The notes under the pieces were generated by a model that was not told the DNA's origin, ran no database searches, and saw only the letters and a list, made by a program, of their open reading frames with translations. Below are positions 25,651 to 41,131 of a DNA stretch of 64,000 nt, piece by piece. The position numbers were made by a program, and so were the translations under genes. This DNA comes from Eledone cirrhosa (taxonomy: Eukaryota): positions 27,156,001-27,220,000 of the forward strand of contig OZ024742.1 of assembly GCA_964016885.1 (NCBI GenBank), written 5' to 3'. Positions within the stretch are counted from its first letter, which is position 1, and every line of letters begins with the position of its first letter.

Positions 25651-26757
25651 CGACCAGATTTCAGTCCTCTGATATTGCAAATACGTTCTGGCATGTGTAG
25701 ATCGATTCCTTAAATACATACTAAAAACTATCGTTATATTTGAGGGATTTGAACTCAGAACGCCAATGACTGTAATTATATATCACAAAGCATGTTGTGC
25801 GAAGCTCTACCAATACTGCCAATCCACCACAATAATAACAAACATCAAATAGAAACAGTTTCGTAGATGGATAGGGAGAGGGAGACTTTTAGGGTAATCA
25901 TAGGCAGACCCCTCTCCCCATAAAACCCTTGAATATTCTGTCACATTACAGGCTTTAAAGGGACCATTTCTCAGTTGTTTTCTTCTGCATAGAAAAGAAA
26001 AGTTAGAGTAGACCAATTTAGCTACTTCAATCTCGCCGCTCTCACTCATCTTTCAAAAGACCCACTAGAGGGGAGGTGTCTACGACAGTATGTTTTCCCC
26101 CGACCACCACTAACAACAAATCTGATAGTAATAGTAGTAGGAGGAGGAGGAGTAGTAGTAACTGTAGTAGTTTAGTAGTAGTTGTAGTAGTAGCAATAGT
26201 GATAGTAGCCGTAGTAGTTGTAGTAGTAGGAGTAGTAGTAGGAGTTTTAGTGTTAAACTAGATTATCAAATTAAGTATTTTAAATTAATTTCTGGGATTG
26301 TTTATCAGCTGGACACTCCTGTTGTTTATTAATCCCAACTTTTAATGTTTATGAAAATAAGATCAGCTAGATTATGACTGTATGTATGATCCCGTAACTC
26401 CTGATAAAGTGGTAGGGGCGCCGTATTGACATACGGCATTATTGGGCATTTTTAAGCTTGGCGGAGCCCATCCCTCGCTGGGACTGAATACAGCAGGTTT
26501 ATACGTAAGGAGAGAAAGTACTAGACCCAGTACTAGAGTGGTACTCTTTTTCTAATCAACCTGGAAAGGATGAAAGGCAAAGGTAACCTCGGTGGTATTT
26601 TAACTTAGAAGGCAACGAACCAGAACGAATAACAAAGCATTCTATCCGACGTTCTAAGCATTCTGATAATTTACAGATCTTGTGTATATGAACAGTTGTT
26701 AACATTACTATTAAGACGAACTAATAGAACTGTGAAAGATAAAACACCAATCTAATA

Positions 26758-28845
26758 TCTACTTATATATATAACCAGCAATTTCTCTGTCTGTCCGACA
26801 GTGGAAACACGTGCGTAGAGAGAGAGTGAGAGTGAAAGAAAGAGACAGACTACGAGAGGGGATAGCGGGAGGGGGAGAGAGAGAGAGAGTGAATAGACGC
26901 TAAAACACGTGCTACAGAAACATTACCTTCCCCTCTCCACTGACTTTGGTCACTGAGGCCGAGGGAATCGCGCTGAGCGCGTCATAATGACGTAATGCAG
27001 ACAGCCAGACATACAGACAGATATTATAAGGGCGCAACGTTATATCTATGTATCTATCTAAAAAAAAGACTAAGAATTATATAGAGAGAACACTAAATCG
27101 CCTAATGCGGTCCCTAGGGCATAGAAAATTTGCTCAAAATACTCACAGGACCATAAGTATTACATGTCTAAAGTTTGAAAACAATCGGTTGGATGGTTCT
27201 CAAGTTTTAGTGAGCTGACAGACAGACAGACATTCTCTGTTTTAGATATATAGACTAGCAGAAAACCGCCCTCGCGTGGTTTTCTGCTAGTCTACTTATA
27301 TATACAACCAGCATATTCTCTGTCTGTCTGTCCGACAGTGGAAACACGTGCGTAGAGAGAGAGTGAGAGTGAAAGAAAGAGACAGACTACGAGGGGGGGA
27401 TAGTGGGAGGGAGAGAGGTAGAGAGAGAGAGTGAATAGACGCTAAATCACGTGCTATAGAAACATTACCTTCCCCTCTCCACTGACGTTGGTCACTGAGG
27501 CCGAGGGAATCGCTGGTTGCTATAGAGACACCTTGCACAAGCCAGAAGTAACCAGTTCGAGGCGGTTCTGACTAGACACCATGCGAAGAAGGTTTCCATT
27601 GAATTTGTGGTTGTTGCTGCTGATATTAAGGACCATTTGAAGAAGGTTGCTGCTGATGAGGTAATTTATTAATCAGATTGCGCAGTTCCATAACCTACGT
27701 TTGATTTGTTCAATTTTTTTCTTCAAATTTTTTTGTTGTTTTTTTGTTATTTCTTATTGAAAAAATATAAATAATAAAATAAAGTTAGAAATTTAAATAC
27801 AATTAAATCCGATTTAATTTCCATTTCCAGCAGCCAATGTCCAGTGTTCAATTTCATGAAAAAATTGGAAATATTTCAAAAAATTGAAAATTGAATAACT
27901 TTTGAACATTTGTTTTGACAATAAAAAAATATTTCCTTATTCACACCTAATGGTATGATTAACATTTCATAGGAATATTTTTTTCTAACCGCCAGTTATT
28001 TAAATATTATTAAAAATAAATTTTTTTTTAAAAAGAATGGAAGATTTTGTGGATATTTTTTACCACCTTCCAAGACTTAAACACTAATTCTCGCGAATTT
28101 GTGTTTTGTAATGACCCTCAGGACGCTGCTATTGTTGATTCCAATAGTGCCTGGTATTCGAATATGTTAGTATACAATTTTTTGAATAAAATTAAGGCGC
28201 AATTAGAGCTGCCAAACAAAATTTGTTTCGGCTTCGGCCCATATTATATATATATATAATGGGGATGATGATGATATACATAGTTACATATGTATATGTA
28301 ATCTCCTTATAATATATAACCAGCAATTTCTCTGTCTGTCTGTCCGACAGTGGAAACACGTGCGCGCGTGCGAATGTTTTTTGCGCACGCGTAGAGAGAA
28401 AGTGAGAGTAAAAGAAAGAGACAGACTACGAGAGGGGGATAGCGGGAGGGAGATAGGGAGAGAGAGAGAGAGAGAGTGAATAGACGCTAAAACAGGTGCG
28501 CGCGTGCGAATGTTTTTTGCGCACGCGTAGATAGAGAGTGAGAGTGAAAGAAAGAGACAGACTACAAGAGGGGGATAGCGGGAGGGAGAGAGGGGGAAAT
28601 TGAGGAGTGCTACAGAAACATATATACATTTCTCTGTGTGTGTAATATATATATATATACACACACAGAAATTTATATATATACACACAGAAATATATAT
28701 ACATTTCTGTGTGTGTAATATATATATATATATACACACATAAATATATATACACACAGAAATATATATACATTTCTGTGTGTGTAATATATATATATAT
28801 ACACACAGAAATATATATACATTTCTGTGTGTTATATATATATTT
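26758..28845. mobile_element. Mosaic of non-autonomous Helitron-like elements (family B: TC...ataaccagcaatttctctgtctgtccgacagtggaaacacgtg)
   Basis: Three plus-strand 5' ends starting TC (~26758, 27291, 28303), with a minus-strand family A 5' part at ~26988-27254; internal GA-rich and acacagaaatatat sub-repeats. Confidence 0.65.
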
Positions 28846-28885
28846 ATACTAGCAGAAAACCACCCGATGGGTGGTTTTCTACTAG

Positions 28886-29532
28886 TCTATATATATATAA
28901 AACTGAGGATGTCTGTCTATGTGTGTGTGTCTGTGAGTTTGAATCCCTAAAACTCGAGAAGTACCCAACCGATTTCTTTCAAACTTTACTTGTGTATTAC
29001 TTATGTTTCAGGGAATGTTATGCACATAAAGAAATTCAACTTGTTGATGCCCTAGGGCCTGTATTAGGGAAAACATGAGTTTTTTTTCGCTTTTTAGGAG
29101 CTTTTTGAGGCGTTACGTCTGACCGATTTCCTTAAAATTGTAACTATGTATTAGTCAGTCTCTTTTTCATAAACTGAGCAAAGAAACTGCAACTTTGTTT
29201 ATGGCCTAGGGCCCGCATTAGGTGAAACACTTCATTTTTTCAGCTTTTTATGGCTTTTTTGAGGCGTTACGTCTAGCTGATTTCCCGAAATTTCAAGGCA
29301 TATTATGCACATAAAAAAATTCATTTTCTTGGTCCCCTAGGGCCCGCATTTAGTGAAAACCTGCATTTGTCCTGCCTCATCGAGGAAAATCTTAAAGATT
29401 ATCATGCCATCAGAGTAAACGGTTTATTTTCTGTACATATTATCCAGGTATGCAGTTTTTCCACGATTAGATCTGTTGGCGGTCCGCGTTCCAAAATACC
29501 TTATCCCGTGCAACGCTGGGTACCACTGCTTG
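28886..29532 (+). mobile_element. Non-autonomous Helitron (family A)
   Basis: 5' TCTATATATA..., gtctgt micro-repeats and internal ~120-bp sub-repeats. 3' hairpin cccgtgcaacgctggg, then CTTG (CTAG in the copy at 38344) followed by T. Confidence 0.8.
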
Positions 29533-30036
29533 TATTATATAAAATTATACATACATGTGTTCAAAAATATGCAATATCTACAAAAATTCTAACTTAAAAG
29601 TTACACTTTGAAAAGCTACCCAGAACTGAAACCAGTCAGTACAGAACAAATAATATTTTCTTCCCGCCAACCCACAGTAAAGAAATATATTATATTTTGT
29701 ATCGACTAATTTATTTTTTTCATTGTGTACTGTAAATTCACATATACATATAAATAATATGAGATCCGACTTCCTAGCTGTATAATCATTTGTCCTATCT
29801 ATATATGTATAGATATGTATGTGTGTACGTTGCGTGCGTATATGTATTCATTCTTCCATATTCATTGTCAAAGTAAAATTCTTTCATTCTTGCTCTCTTC
29901 CTTCATCCTCCTGTCCCTCCCTCCCTCTATCTTTCTCTCTCTCTGTGTTTCTATGATTGGATATATAAGTGAATACATGTGTGCATATGAAGGAATACAT
30001 CCATATACATTGATATATATATATATTGATATATAT

Positions 30037-30079
<43 letters not shown>

Positions 30080-32846
30080 TAAATACATACAGAGATAGGA
30101 TGAACGCACACACATATATATATGTTATATATTTATATGGATGTATATATATAAATATATATATACATATAATTAATATACACATATACATATACGCAAA
30201 TATACATTATATATATATATATATATATACATACATATATATATACATATATATTTATATATATATATATATATATATAAATATATGTATGCATATATAA
30301 ATATATGCATACATATATATATATGCATACATATATATATGCATACATATATAATATATATATACATATACACATATGCATATATACAATATACGTGTGT
30401 GTGTGTGTGTGTATGCTTATACATAAGAATATTTATGTTTTCCCCAGGGGTTCTGCACGTCTCTGTGCTATTTATTAACTGTAGGGCCGTAAGTTGTATA
30501 TTTTATGTTTTCTTCTGAAGTTACAGCGAAGTTTTTCATTACTTCCTTGAATAGCTTCGGGATATAAAATATGTATTTTTATTTAATATCAGCATACATT
30601 TCATATCAGGTATTTTAAATATTGATACACTACGTCAACTAGTGTGTATCTATTAGTTCGGTTCCTGGATGAGCTCCTCATTTAAATATGTTGAATATTC
30701 ATATATTTCTGTTACAACTGCTTAAAGGATTTAACCCAAAATTGCAAGTGCGTAATTTCAATTTAAAATTTGAAATTTTACATCAATTTCATAATTAATA
30801 TATTGTGTTTTTGTTGATGAAGGCGCGTTGCTTAGTGATTAGAAAATTGGATTCGCAATCATGAGGTTACGAGTTCGATTCCCCTACCGGACTATGTGTT
30901 ATGTCCTTGAGCAAGACAATTTATTTCACGTTGCTCCTGCTTCCAGTAGGTAAGACCGGTATATAGTATCACCAATAGAAACCTTGTTACCTTGGTCCGA
31001 TTTTGCATGTTCTAACTCACTTGGTAAACGAATGCACTCTGAGATGTTATCGATCGACTCCTTAGATCCCTACTAAAAACTATCGTCATATTTGGCTGAT
31101 ATTTACAATATTAGAGGTATGAGATCTTGTCGATCGGGAGGGCATTCAAAAAGTCTCCACAATGATAGACATTGGCACGATCGAGTAGTAACAATACTAA
31201 TACATGTAAATATTGTTAAGTTAACTTCGTACATAATTTATAAATCTAGAACCTTTTGATAACAATAGAGATCATTTTTAATTTTTAATTCGTTTATGAA
31301 TATTTTTTTTTATGTTTTTTCCTTTTTTTTTTAGTTTGCTTATCTTTTGTTTTTCTGCGCCATGATAATGTCTTCCATTTTCTTCGCCTTCATTCCTCAT
31401 CATTCCTCTGTCAACACATTTAATCTCTCAAAGGTTAAGATTCATGAAATAATCTATACATCACCATTTGAGACGCAAGAAATCCACTCAAACCACAAGC
31501 TATCATATTAACACTTATCTTCCCTAACACATTAGCAAGATATTCTCGTCATGTACCGAACAGTACTGTGTCTCAATCACATTAAATATTTAAGTCTTTT
31601 CTCTAATTCTGAAAATGTGTACAGTTATCTGTTCATATTGATTTCATGTTGCTACAGTTATATCAGCGGTTAAAAGAATGTTGTACCCGTAAATCAAAAG
31701 ACCACTCACGCTGAATGTCCCTGAGAATTTCAATGGGGTACACGTGTCTGTGGAATGTTCAGCTACTGGCACTTCAATCTCACAAGTTGTCTGTTCAGCT
31801 GATCAAACAGTTATAACACTCGTCGTCGCAATCGACGATGGTCCTAAACATAACTCAGTTTCTTCTGATACTCCACATATGTATGTATGAGCAAGTAACT
31901 CCTGATAGAGTCGTAGGGGCGTTTCTTGGGCAGCTCAAGCCTGGCGGAGCATATTTCTTTCAGGGAAAGATAGAAAGTGAAATAGAGGAAATAAGAAGGA
32001 GATATAGAGGAAGAATCGAGCCCCAGTACTAGACTGGTACTTTTTTCTTTGACCGCGAAAAAATAAAAGGCGGGGTTTGAACACAGAGAGCAGAGTGTCG
32101 GAATAAAGCATTCGACATTCTAACGACTCAGCCAATTCGACGCCTCCACATATATTACATGGAATATTGACGGATGCACGTGTTGTGTATCGGTGTCTGT
32201 GCCTATGCCTGTTTCTGTGCATTTGTGTTGAGATTGTTTATGTATCTGTGTATATGTGTCTGTCTGTGCATTTGTAAGAGGGATTGTGTGTGTATATGTG
32301 TCATAGCATTTAGATTAATCATGTATAAGTTTGTGATTACTTTGTGCCATCTCGCCAAAGTCAAAACTTACATCTTCACCCGGATACTGTTATGATTCCA
32401 TGAATCCGGGAGTGAATCTAAAGCCATAACCAGGCTTTAGAATCTCTCTTCTATCTCATTGTTTTCCTCCTTCATATGACCAGAAATCTTTCAATCTACA
32501 ATTCATTCTTTTGTCTTACTTTCGCTTTCTACAGAATCCCTTACTCTAAGCAGTTTCAAGCATTGTTTGGGACGTAAAACACGTTAAATACACCTATTTA
32601 AAATACGCTCTTATTAGGTGGAACGGTTGTAGAAATGATTATTTAAACATCTAAGTATTCCGAAAGCGAAATATGTTCATAAATTCCTTGTCGGGTTATA
32701 TAAGGTATTTGTTTTCGATAACGTATTTCATATATACATTTGTCCTATCCACAATTCATTCATGTACTCTCACAGAGTACTCTATATGAAGGAATGCCCC
32801 GGTTAAGTGAATCATTCCGTCACGTCACCACACACACACACAGACA

Positions 32847-32903
<57 letters not shown>

Positions 32904-32997
32904 ATGATAAACGTGAGGGGAAAATAGACAAATATACCTCATTTTTTCGCCAAAGTCCCGACTGCAGTTATATATATATACACGCGTATACATGAAC

Positions 32998-33034
<37 letters not shown>

Positions 33035-33079
33035 TACCCACATTTTCTTATACATTATACATATCTATATATATAAAAT

Positions 33080-33127
<48 letters not shown>

Positions 33128-33903
33128 GTTGTGTGTGTGTGTATGTGTATATATGTATATCGTGTAATCTGTTTAATTTAATTACGTGTAATGTTTAATC
33201 ACCAAATTAAATGTAGATATTACTCAGTGTTTGACGAATTACACCTCCAATGTTCACTGCTTCCAGCCAGTCTATTGAAAATCAATTGAAATCCTTAACA
33301 TTCTGATTAAACATTGTATCATTACAGATGTCACCACACAACCAAGTGGTTAAGAGTCTAGCTTCATAATAGTTCGTGTCCAAGTTCAATCCCACTTCAC
33401 CGCATCTTGTGAATGAAATTGTGTATAGTGACACTATTTGAATGTCCATCGGAAGGTGTACATCTCTAATACAAACGACCGTCCTTTACATGTGTTTCTT
33501 GCACTATTTTCATATCTCAACATCTTACAACATCGATCATTTGAATCAAATCAATACATATTTATTATAGTTGTTTTATATTTCTTGATATAATATTTAT
33601 CATAATGAAACTCTTCATTAACATAATGTCATAGAATTCGTTTAGAAAATCTGCAGATATTTAGAATTATCGCAGTAATATATAAATGACAAAGAATATC
33701 ATTCAAGGAAAAAAAGCATATTTTCTAAACACAGTAGTTGAAAAGTTAGCGTAGAAACTTTATTAATTAATAGAGTGTTGTTATTATGCTAATATAATCA
33801 CGAATGCATATTGAGTAACATTAGTTTTAGTTAAAATTTATCTTTCCCACTGACTCTTTCGTTAAGAAAAATAGTAAAAGGGAAAAAATTGTTCGGAAGC
33901 TAT

Positions 33904-33906
<3 letters not shown>

Positions 33907-33970
<64 letters not shown>
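33907..33970. repeat. (CT)n microsatellite
   Basis: Direct reading; a (GA)n tract also lies at ~41015-41107. Confidence 0.95.
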
Positions 33971-33973
<3 letters not shown>

Positions 33974-36497
33974 CAGATAAGAACTTCGAAATTTGAGAAA
34001 ATTGATTCAGAAATGTTGAGATTACATAGTCAAGATTTTTTTTCCTGAATTAATGAATTAACTAATTTACTAAAAACTGATGTTGGTGGGTGATAAAAGT
34101 TACATTAAAATCATTGAAATATTAAAATTTAACAATGAAGGTCAAGTGAAGATAATACACACATTTATTAAATGACAGGCCAACGTGACGGTATGTATAT
34201 TGTGCGTGGCGGGCCTTGCGTATGTTAATGAGAATTTCTCGTTGAAATTTCAGACTGAAAAGTATAGTTAAACATGATAAAAAATACACTAAACAATTTG
34301 GAAAGATTCTAAATGAAATTTGACGTTCATATGTTGATTGCTTCTTTTTGTGGTGGATGTTGTAGTTGCTGTTGCTATGGTTGGTGTATATCACCATGTC
34401 AACCCTGATCGAGCAATCAAACAATAAATACTCTTTCACTACTCTGTCTATTCCTCAGACACAGAATGTCAACAATTATATTCTCCATATTTCCGTCTTT
34501 TCACATACTGTATTTAAGCTACTACTTCTAGGAGATTGGGGCATCATGTACAGGTTTCTATGACAATATATACTAGTAACATATAATGGTAAACCCCTGG
34601 AACTTGTCTGAGAAATATGGGAAAGATTTCAACATATTAAATATGTCTGTAGATGTCTCTACCTAGAAATAATGTTATACTGCAATAGAAACAGAGTCAG
34701 GAAAACGGGCTTTACCTAATCTCTGGATCCTATTAAAACTTTTAGCTAAATGGTCCTCAAATCACATTCAAGTCGCATAGCTTAGTGGTTAGAGAATTGA
34801 GCTTAAAATCGAAAGCTTGTGAGTTCAATTCTCGGACCGAGTGATGTGTTGTTTCCTTGAGCAAGACACTTTATTTCACGTTTTTCCAGTTTACTCAGCT
34901 GTAGAAATGAGATAATAGGACTGGATTCCCTATCATTAAATCACCTAAGACACCTCCAACGAGATATACCTTGGAGGAGGCCAGCTAAACCTGCATAGGT
35001 GTGAGCTGTAACAACAACAACAACAACAAATCACAGTCAGCTTTCAATTAGCGATGTAAGCTTTGAACAAAGTAACTCATGATAAACAGCAAATATGTGG
35101 TGATCATGGCTACAGCATCTTTGGTCATAATTGTGCTTAATAATGAGTTTTTTTGTTCGCTACCATGCATAAGTGATCGTTGCAGTTTTATCCATGATCA
35201 GCCTTTAGCCAGCGTACCTGAGATCAGTGGGGGTCCTACGATGATCATCACATATTTGTCTAAATGTATCCGTCGCTAATTAAGCATCTTTTCGGTATGA
35301 TTTCAAAATAACTTGGCTGTTACTTGTAGCGATTTGAACAGAGAGACTCCGTTAGTAATTCATAGTTATTTGTTACGGAATAATACCTATATGGTGTGAT
35401 TTGAGCGGGATTTGGTTGCTGTTTCCAGCATGTTGAACGCAGAAGTTCTCATTTACTGGTAATTGTATTCATTCATTACATATTCCAAGGGTGACCCAGT
35501 TGATGCTGACTATAGTCGAAGACCCCGAAAGTCTTACCTAACAACTAGGTGCTTTATCGTCGATAGAAAAATGAAAGACAAAGTTGATCTGAAAAGGAAT
35601 TGAACTCAAAACGCAAGGATATGTTGTGAGCAAGAGTTCTTATTAACTGTTAATTAATCCATATATTGCTTATTCAAAGGACGACTCAGATAACAGTGGT
35701 TATAGTCGAAGACACTGAAAGCATTACCTATCCACCAGCTACTTAATCTTTGATAGAAAGATGTATGACAGGAATTGAACTCAGAACCTAAGGATATATA
35801 ACTTAATAACAGCTCACCTGTTTCTTCTGCCACTCATAGCATTTTCAATAATTATGATATAACCAAATTCTATATATTATTCACATACTTGACAATAATA
35901 GCAATTATCCTGATTCTCTCAGCAGACAAATCAACACAATCAGTCATTGGTTCTCTCCGACTTTGCATTTAACTTGTCTAACGCAATGATATTTTTCCCG
36001 CATCACGAAATTCAGGTTAGGAATCGAATCTTAATATCGATTTTAATTGTAGTAGTTACCGTATGGAGGTTAATCATCAACCATATTCCGCTTTCATTAC
36101 TCCTATCTTTCCATAGAGCAACTTCATCGGTTCATATGTTTATATGTTTAGATTATTAATTCATGTGAAAGCTCTTTTGTTAAGGCGTCTGAGACACGTG
36201 TATGTCTGTATATAATATCTTATCTTTGATGTTGATCTATGTTGTGATGAAATTCTTCTGTTAATATTTCATTCCGTTAATCTTTTGAACTATATCAAGA
36301 AAGTTCTCTTTAAGGCGACTAAATCAAATACGTTCATTTCTCTGTCTTTTTTTTACCATAAGTTCTTCTTTATGCCATACAGATAGTTCATAGAAGCACA
36401 AGCCTTCGTCTTATATAATATACGTTCTAACATAGGCCCCACATATTCGTGGGAGGTATTACTCCATTACGTCAATCATTTTATATGACTGAAATAT

Positions 36498-36907
36498 TAT
36501 TTTATCATATATAATGTAATTATATATCATACTGACATAAGATGTTCTCGTGTATAATATATCACAAGGTATTTTATCATATATATGTAGTTATATATCA
36601 TACTGACATAAGATGTTCTCGTGTATAACATATCCACATCTCAAATGGAAAGGTATTTTATCATATATAATGTAATTATATATCATACTGACATAAGATG
36701 TTCTCGTGTATAATATATCCACATCTCAATGGAAAGGTATTTTATCATATATAATGTAATTATATATCATACTGACATAAGATGTTCTCATGTATAATAT
36801 ATCCACATCTAAATGGAAAGGTATTTTATCATATATACATATATAATTATATTTCATACTGACATACGATTTTCTCATGTATAATATCTTCACATTACAT
36901 GGAAAGG
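36498..36907. repeat. ~84-bp tandem repeat, about five units
   Basis: Repeated tattttatcatatata...catactgacataagatgttctcgtgtataa...atggaaagg. Confidence 0.9.
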
Positions 36908-36937
36908 TTTTGTTGATTATACAATATATTTCTTTTC

Positions 36938-37041
<104 letters not shown>

Positions 37042-38343
37042 CTCCCAACCCCATATATATATATATATATATACACATATATATATAACGCTATCTTCTT
37101 CATGGTTTTCCACACACCATTGGTCAACCGGAATACGTTAAAGAAGATATGCCTCTAAAATTCTGACAATGTACATTGACCCAGTACATTGTAACTGGTT
37201 GTAATGGCTACTGTAATGGGATACAAATTAGTGGAACACTGGATAGAGACCTATGAAACATTCCAGAATCTCACCTTGTGTAACATGTTTTAATATTGAC
37301 AGTGGTACTTTATAACAGCTCAACCATTTTTGTGAATGCAATTGCATAAAATCTTAGCAAGATAATCAGGTTAAGAGGACCTGTTCCCTTCTATTAGGCT
37401 GTTGCTGATATTGCTCTAAAGACCTCAGCATTGTAAGTATACATTAGGTTTACGTTGCTGAATATTTAATTTTATATTAACTCTTAATGTTCTCTTCCAT
37501 TAGCCAGACATTGTTAAGAATGTCCAAACCACGCTATAAATGGAATCATTAAAAATTAAAGTCTTTACTTCAGTTTACTGTACATTTTCGCAACGATTTC
37601 TCCGCTAGTAACGAAAAATCTCAAACATTCGAATTAACAAACTAAAAGGATAAATCGAATGATATCTTAATGAAAAGAAAATATTTTGTATAGAATTTCA
37701 CCCATTTTGAGACAAAATATTTAAGGTAGCTTACTTTGAAAATTGAATCGAAACAGTGAAACAAACAGAAATTCTCTCACTTTGTCTTTCTCCTCGTATC
37801 ATCTTTCAAAATTCACTCAAACAGTAATGAATAATGCTGGCTTTTCATATCTGTGTTTAGTTGGGAAAGATTAATAGATACAAAGGGAGAGACAGACAAG
37901 GTGAGTGTGTGTATGTCTCCGTGTTTATTTGCATGTGTGTGTGACTGTGTCTCTATATACATGTTTGGGTCTATGTGTCTGTAAATAGATGTAAGTTTGT
38001 GTGTTTGTGCGTATAGGTGTATGTGTGAGTCGGTGTTTTTGTCAATATATATTCCTCTCTGATTTGGGTAGCTAAAACGAATGAAATTGGAAAAGAGACA
38101 AAACAGGTAGAATGTACACAATTATAAATGTCGAACATTTTTGCCTATAGACAAACAGTACAACTAACGCTTAATATAATATGCAGTTTTTATAATGCAA
38201 CCGTAACCTGTGTATCAATTATAAACCAGTTTATACCAAGCTTTATATTCTCCACAATGAGAGTCCTCGGTGTTGTTGTAATCGCCGTAGATTTATTTAA
38301 TATAATCTATATAAAACTTGAAAGGCCTGTGGTTTATTGTATA

Positions 38344-39233
38344 CTAGGAGTGGTACTCGGCGTTGCACGGGATAAGGTATTTTGGAACGCGGTCGCCAAC
38401 AGACCTAATGGTGGAAAAACTGCATGCCTCGACAATATGTAAAAAAAATAAACCGAATATTCTGATGGCTGGATAATCTTTAAGATTTTCCTCGATGAAG
38501 CAGGAAAAATGCAGGTTTTCACCTAATGCGGACTCTAGGAGATCAATAAAATGAATTTCTTTTTATGTGCATAATATGCCTTAAAATTTCGGGAAAATCG
38601 GCTAGACGTAACGCCTCAAAAAATCCCTAAAAAGCTGAAAAAATGAAGTTTTTCACTTATGCGGGCCCCAGGCCATAAGAAAAGTTGCATTTTCTTTGCT
38701 CCTGGTATGAAGAAGAGACTTAACGCCTCAAAAAATCCCTAAAAACATGAACAAATGCAGTTTTTCACCTAATGCGGGTCCTAGCGGATCAAAAAGTTGA
38801 ATTTTGTATGTGCATAACACTCCCTGAAACATAAGTAATACACATGTAAAGTTTGAAAAAGGTTGGTTGGGTACTTCTCGAGTTTTAGGGATTCAAACTC
38901 ACACACACACACACACAGACACACATACATACTCAGGGAAGTGACGTAATGCAGACAGCCAGACATACAGACAGATATTATATGGGCGTGACGTTATAAG
39001 TATGTATCTATCTAAAAAGAGAAAGACTAAGAATTATAGAGAGAGATCGCTAAATCGCCTAATGTGGTCCCTAGGGCATTGAAAATTTGAAATTTGTTTT
39101 TGTTCTGAACACTCCCTGAGACGTAAGTATTACATGTGTAAAGTCTGAAAACAGTCGGTTGGGTGCTTCTCGAGGTTTAGGGGTTCAACCTCACACACAC
39201 ACAAACAGATCCTCAGTTTTATATATATATAGA
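38344..39233 (-). mobile_element. Non-autonomous Helitron (family A), minus strand
   Basis: Reverse-complement homologue of 28886-29532, with CTAG end at 38344 and TC start at 39233. Confidence 0.8.
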
Positions 39234-39529
39234 CTAGCATAAAACCACCCTGTGGGCGGTTTTCTGCTAGCAAATCTAGTGTACATACTGATATTGTTGA
39301 GATTTGGATGAGAAATGTTTTCGGCACCACATGTTCACCGTCTCTCGGTGTGTCTTTTATGCATGTATAAATATATGTTATCTATACGGTGAAATCTTTG
39401 AAATAAATATATGTTAAAACGAAAAAGGAGAAAAAGAGATTAGTGACCGAAATTTAAACGTTATGATACATAAACGTTATGATATAACGATGGAAATATA
39501 TCTTCAAATGGTCCTTGGCATGGTGTCAA

Positions 39530-39841
39530 GTCAGAACTGCCTCGAACTGGTTACTTCTGGCTTGTGCAATGTGTCTCTATAGCAACCAGCGATTCCCTCG
39601 GCCTCAGTGACCAAAGTCAGTGGAGAAGGTAAGGTAATGTTTCTATAGCGACAGTGTTTCTCATGGTAGCACCAAAGTGGAGAAAGGAAGGGGACGATAA
39701 TATTTCTGTAGCACCTACATTTGAGTTTTAGGGAAGGACAGACAGACAGACAAACAGAGAAATGCCCATATATTTCTGTGAATGTATATATATATATATA
39801 TATATATATATTACACACACAGAAATGTATATATATATTTC

Positions 39842-39906
<65 letters not shown>

Positions 39907-40577
39907 CACACACAGATATGTATATATATTTCTGTGTGTATATATATATATATTACACACACAGAAATGTATATATATTTCTTAGAACAAAATTATTATT
40001 AATGTTTTGCTGTTCATAACAATTGGAATTGAAAAATTACTTTTGAAATTATTAGTTATTTTACTAATGCTTAGATATGTAAAAATGAAGCAATGTTTCT
40101 AATAATTGTTTCTACTTTTGGTACAAGGCCAGCAATTATCCAGTACATTACTGGTACTTTATTTTATCGACCCCGTGAGGATGAAAGGCAAAGTTAACCT
40201 CGGCGGTATTTGAACTCAGACCGTAAATGGACGTAACTCCATGCTATGAAGCATGGTGTCCGACTCTCTACAGATTATGCCAATCCACCGCCCTAATGTC
40301 TGTACGTAATGAGGGAGTGAGAGGGGAGAGAAAGAAAGGCAGAGGTGAAATGACGAAGTGACTCTCTCCTCCTCCTCCTCCATCTCCCCATTCGTCACAG
40401 CGATAGACGGGAGGAATGTTAGTGTGTTACAAAGAGAAAGAGTGAGAGTGAGAGAAACAGACAGACTAAAAGAGAGGAATAGCTGGAGAGAGAGAGAACG
40501 ATAGCAACCACGCGCGCACGTGTTTCCACTGTCGGACAGACAGACAGAGAAATTGCTAGTTATATATTATAAGGAGA
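39530..40577 (-). mobile_element. Helitron-like family B fragments with an intervening Meta SINE (40103-40293)
   Basis: 39533-39650 matches 27460-27570 inverted; 40430-40577 matches the 28303 5' end inverted. Confidence 0.6.
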
Positions 40578-40895
40578 TGTTGTTCTGCTCGCGATCGTAT
40601 GTTCATGATTTCAAATCCCGGACAAGGCGGCCATTTCTGCTCTTCAACAAAAAAGTGTTTTACGTTGCTATAGCCTACACACCTAGGGAAAGAAATTAGA
40701 TGTGCCTGTAATTTAAAGAGCCGGCCTTATTCCATACTATCACGCCGAATCTCCCTGAAAAGTACGTTAATTGTACACGTATCTGTGGAATTCTCAGCTA
40801 CGTGGACATTAAATTCTTGAGAATAACTGGAACAATATAGTGGTTGTTGGAACAGACGGCGGTCTCGTATTCATTATATTTTTATCCTTCTGAGT

Positions 40896-40939
<44 letters not shown>

Positions 40940-41013
40940 ATATATATATATGTATGTATATGACCCAGCATGGCCTCAGCCGGATGGCTGGAACGGGTAA
41001 AAGAGTAAAAGAA

Positions 41014-41108
<95 letters not shown>

Positions 41109-41131
41109 TGATTCGAAAGGGTTCAAATTAC

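Noticed and set aside
37140-37440. LDRD cadherin-like motif, GTAAGT donor, and CTGACAA...GAAA
   Set aside because: Stops in the candidate frames and no consistent fold; compatible with chance.
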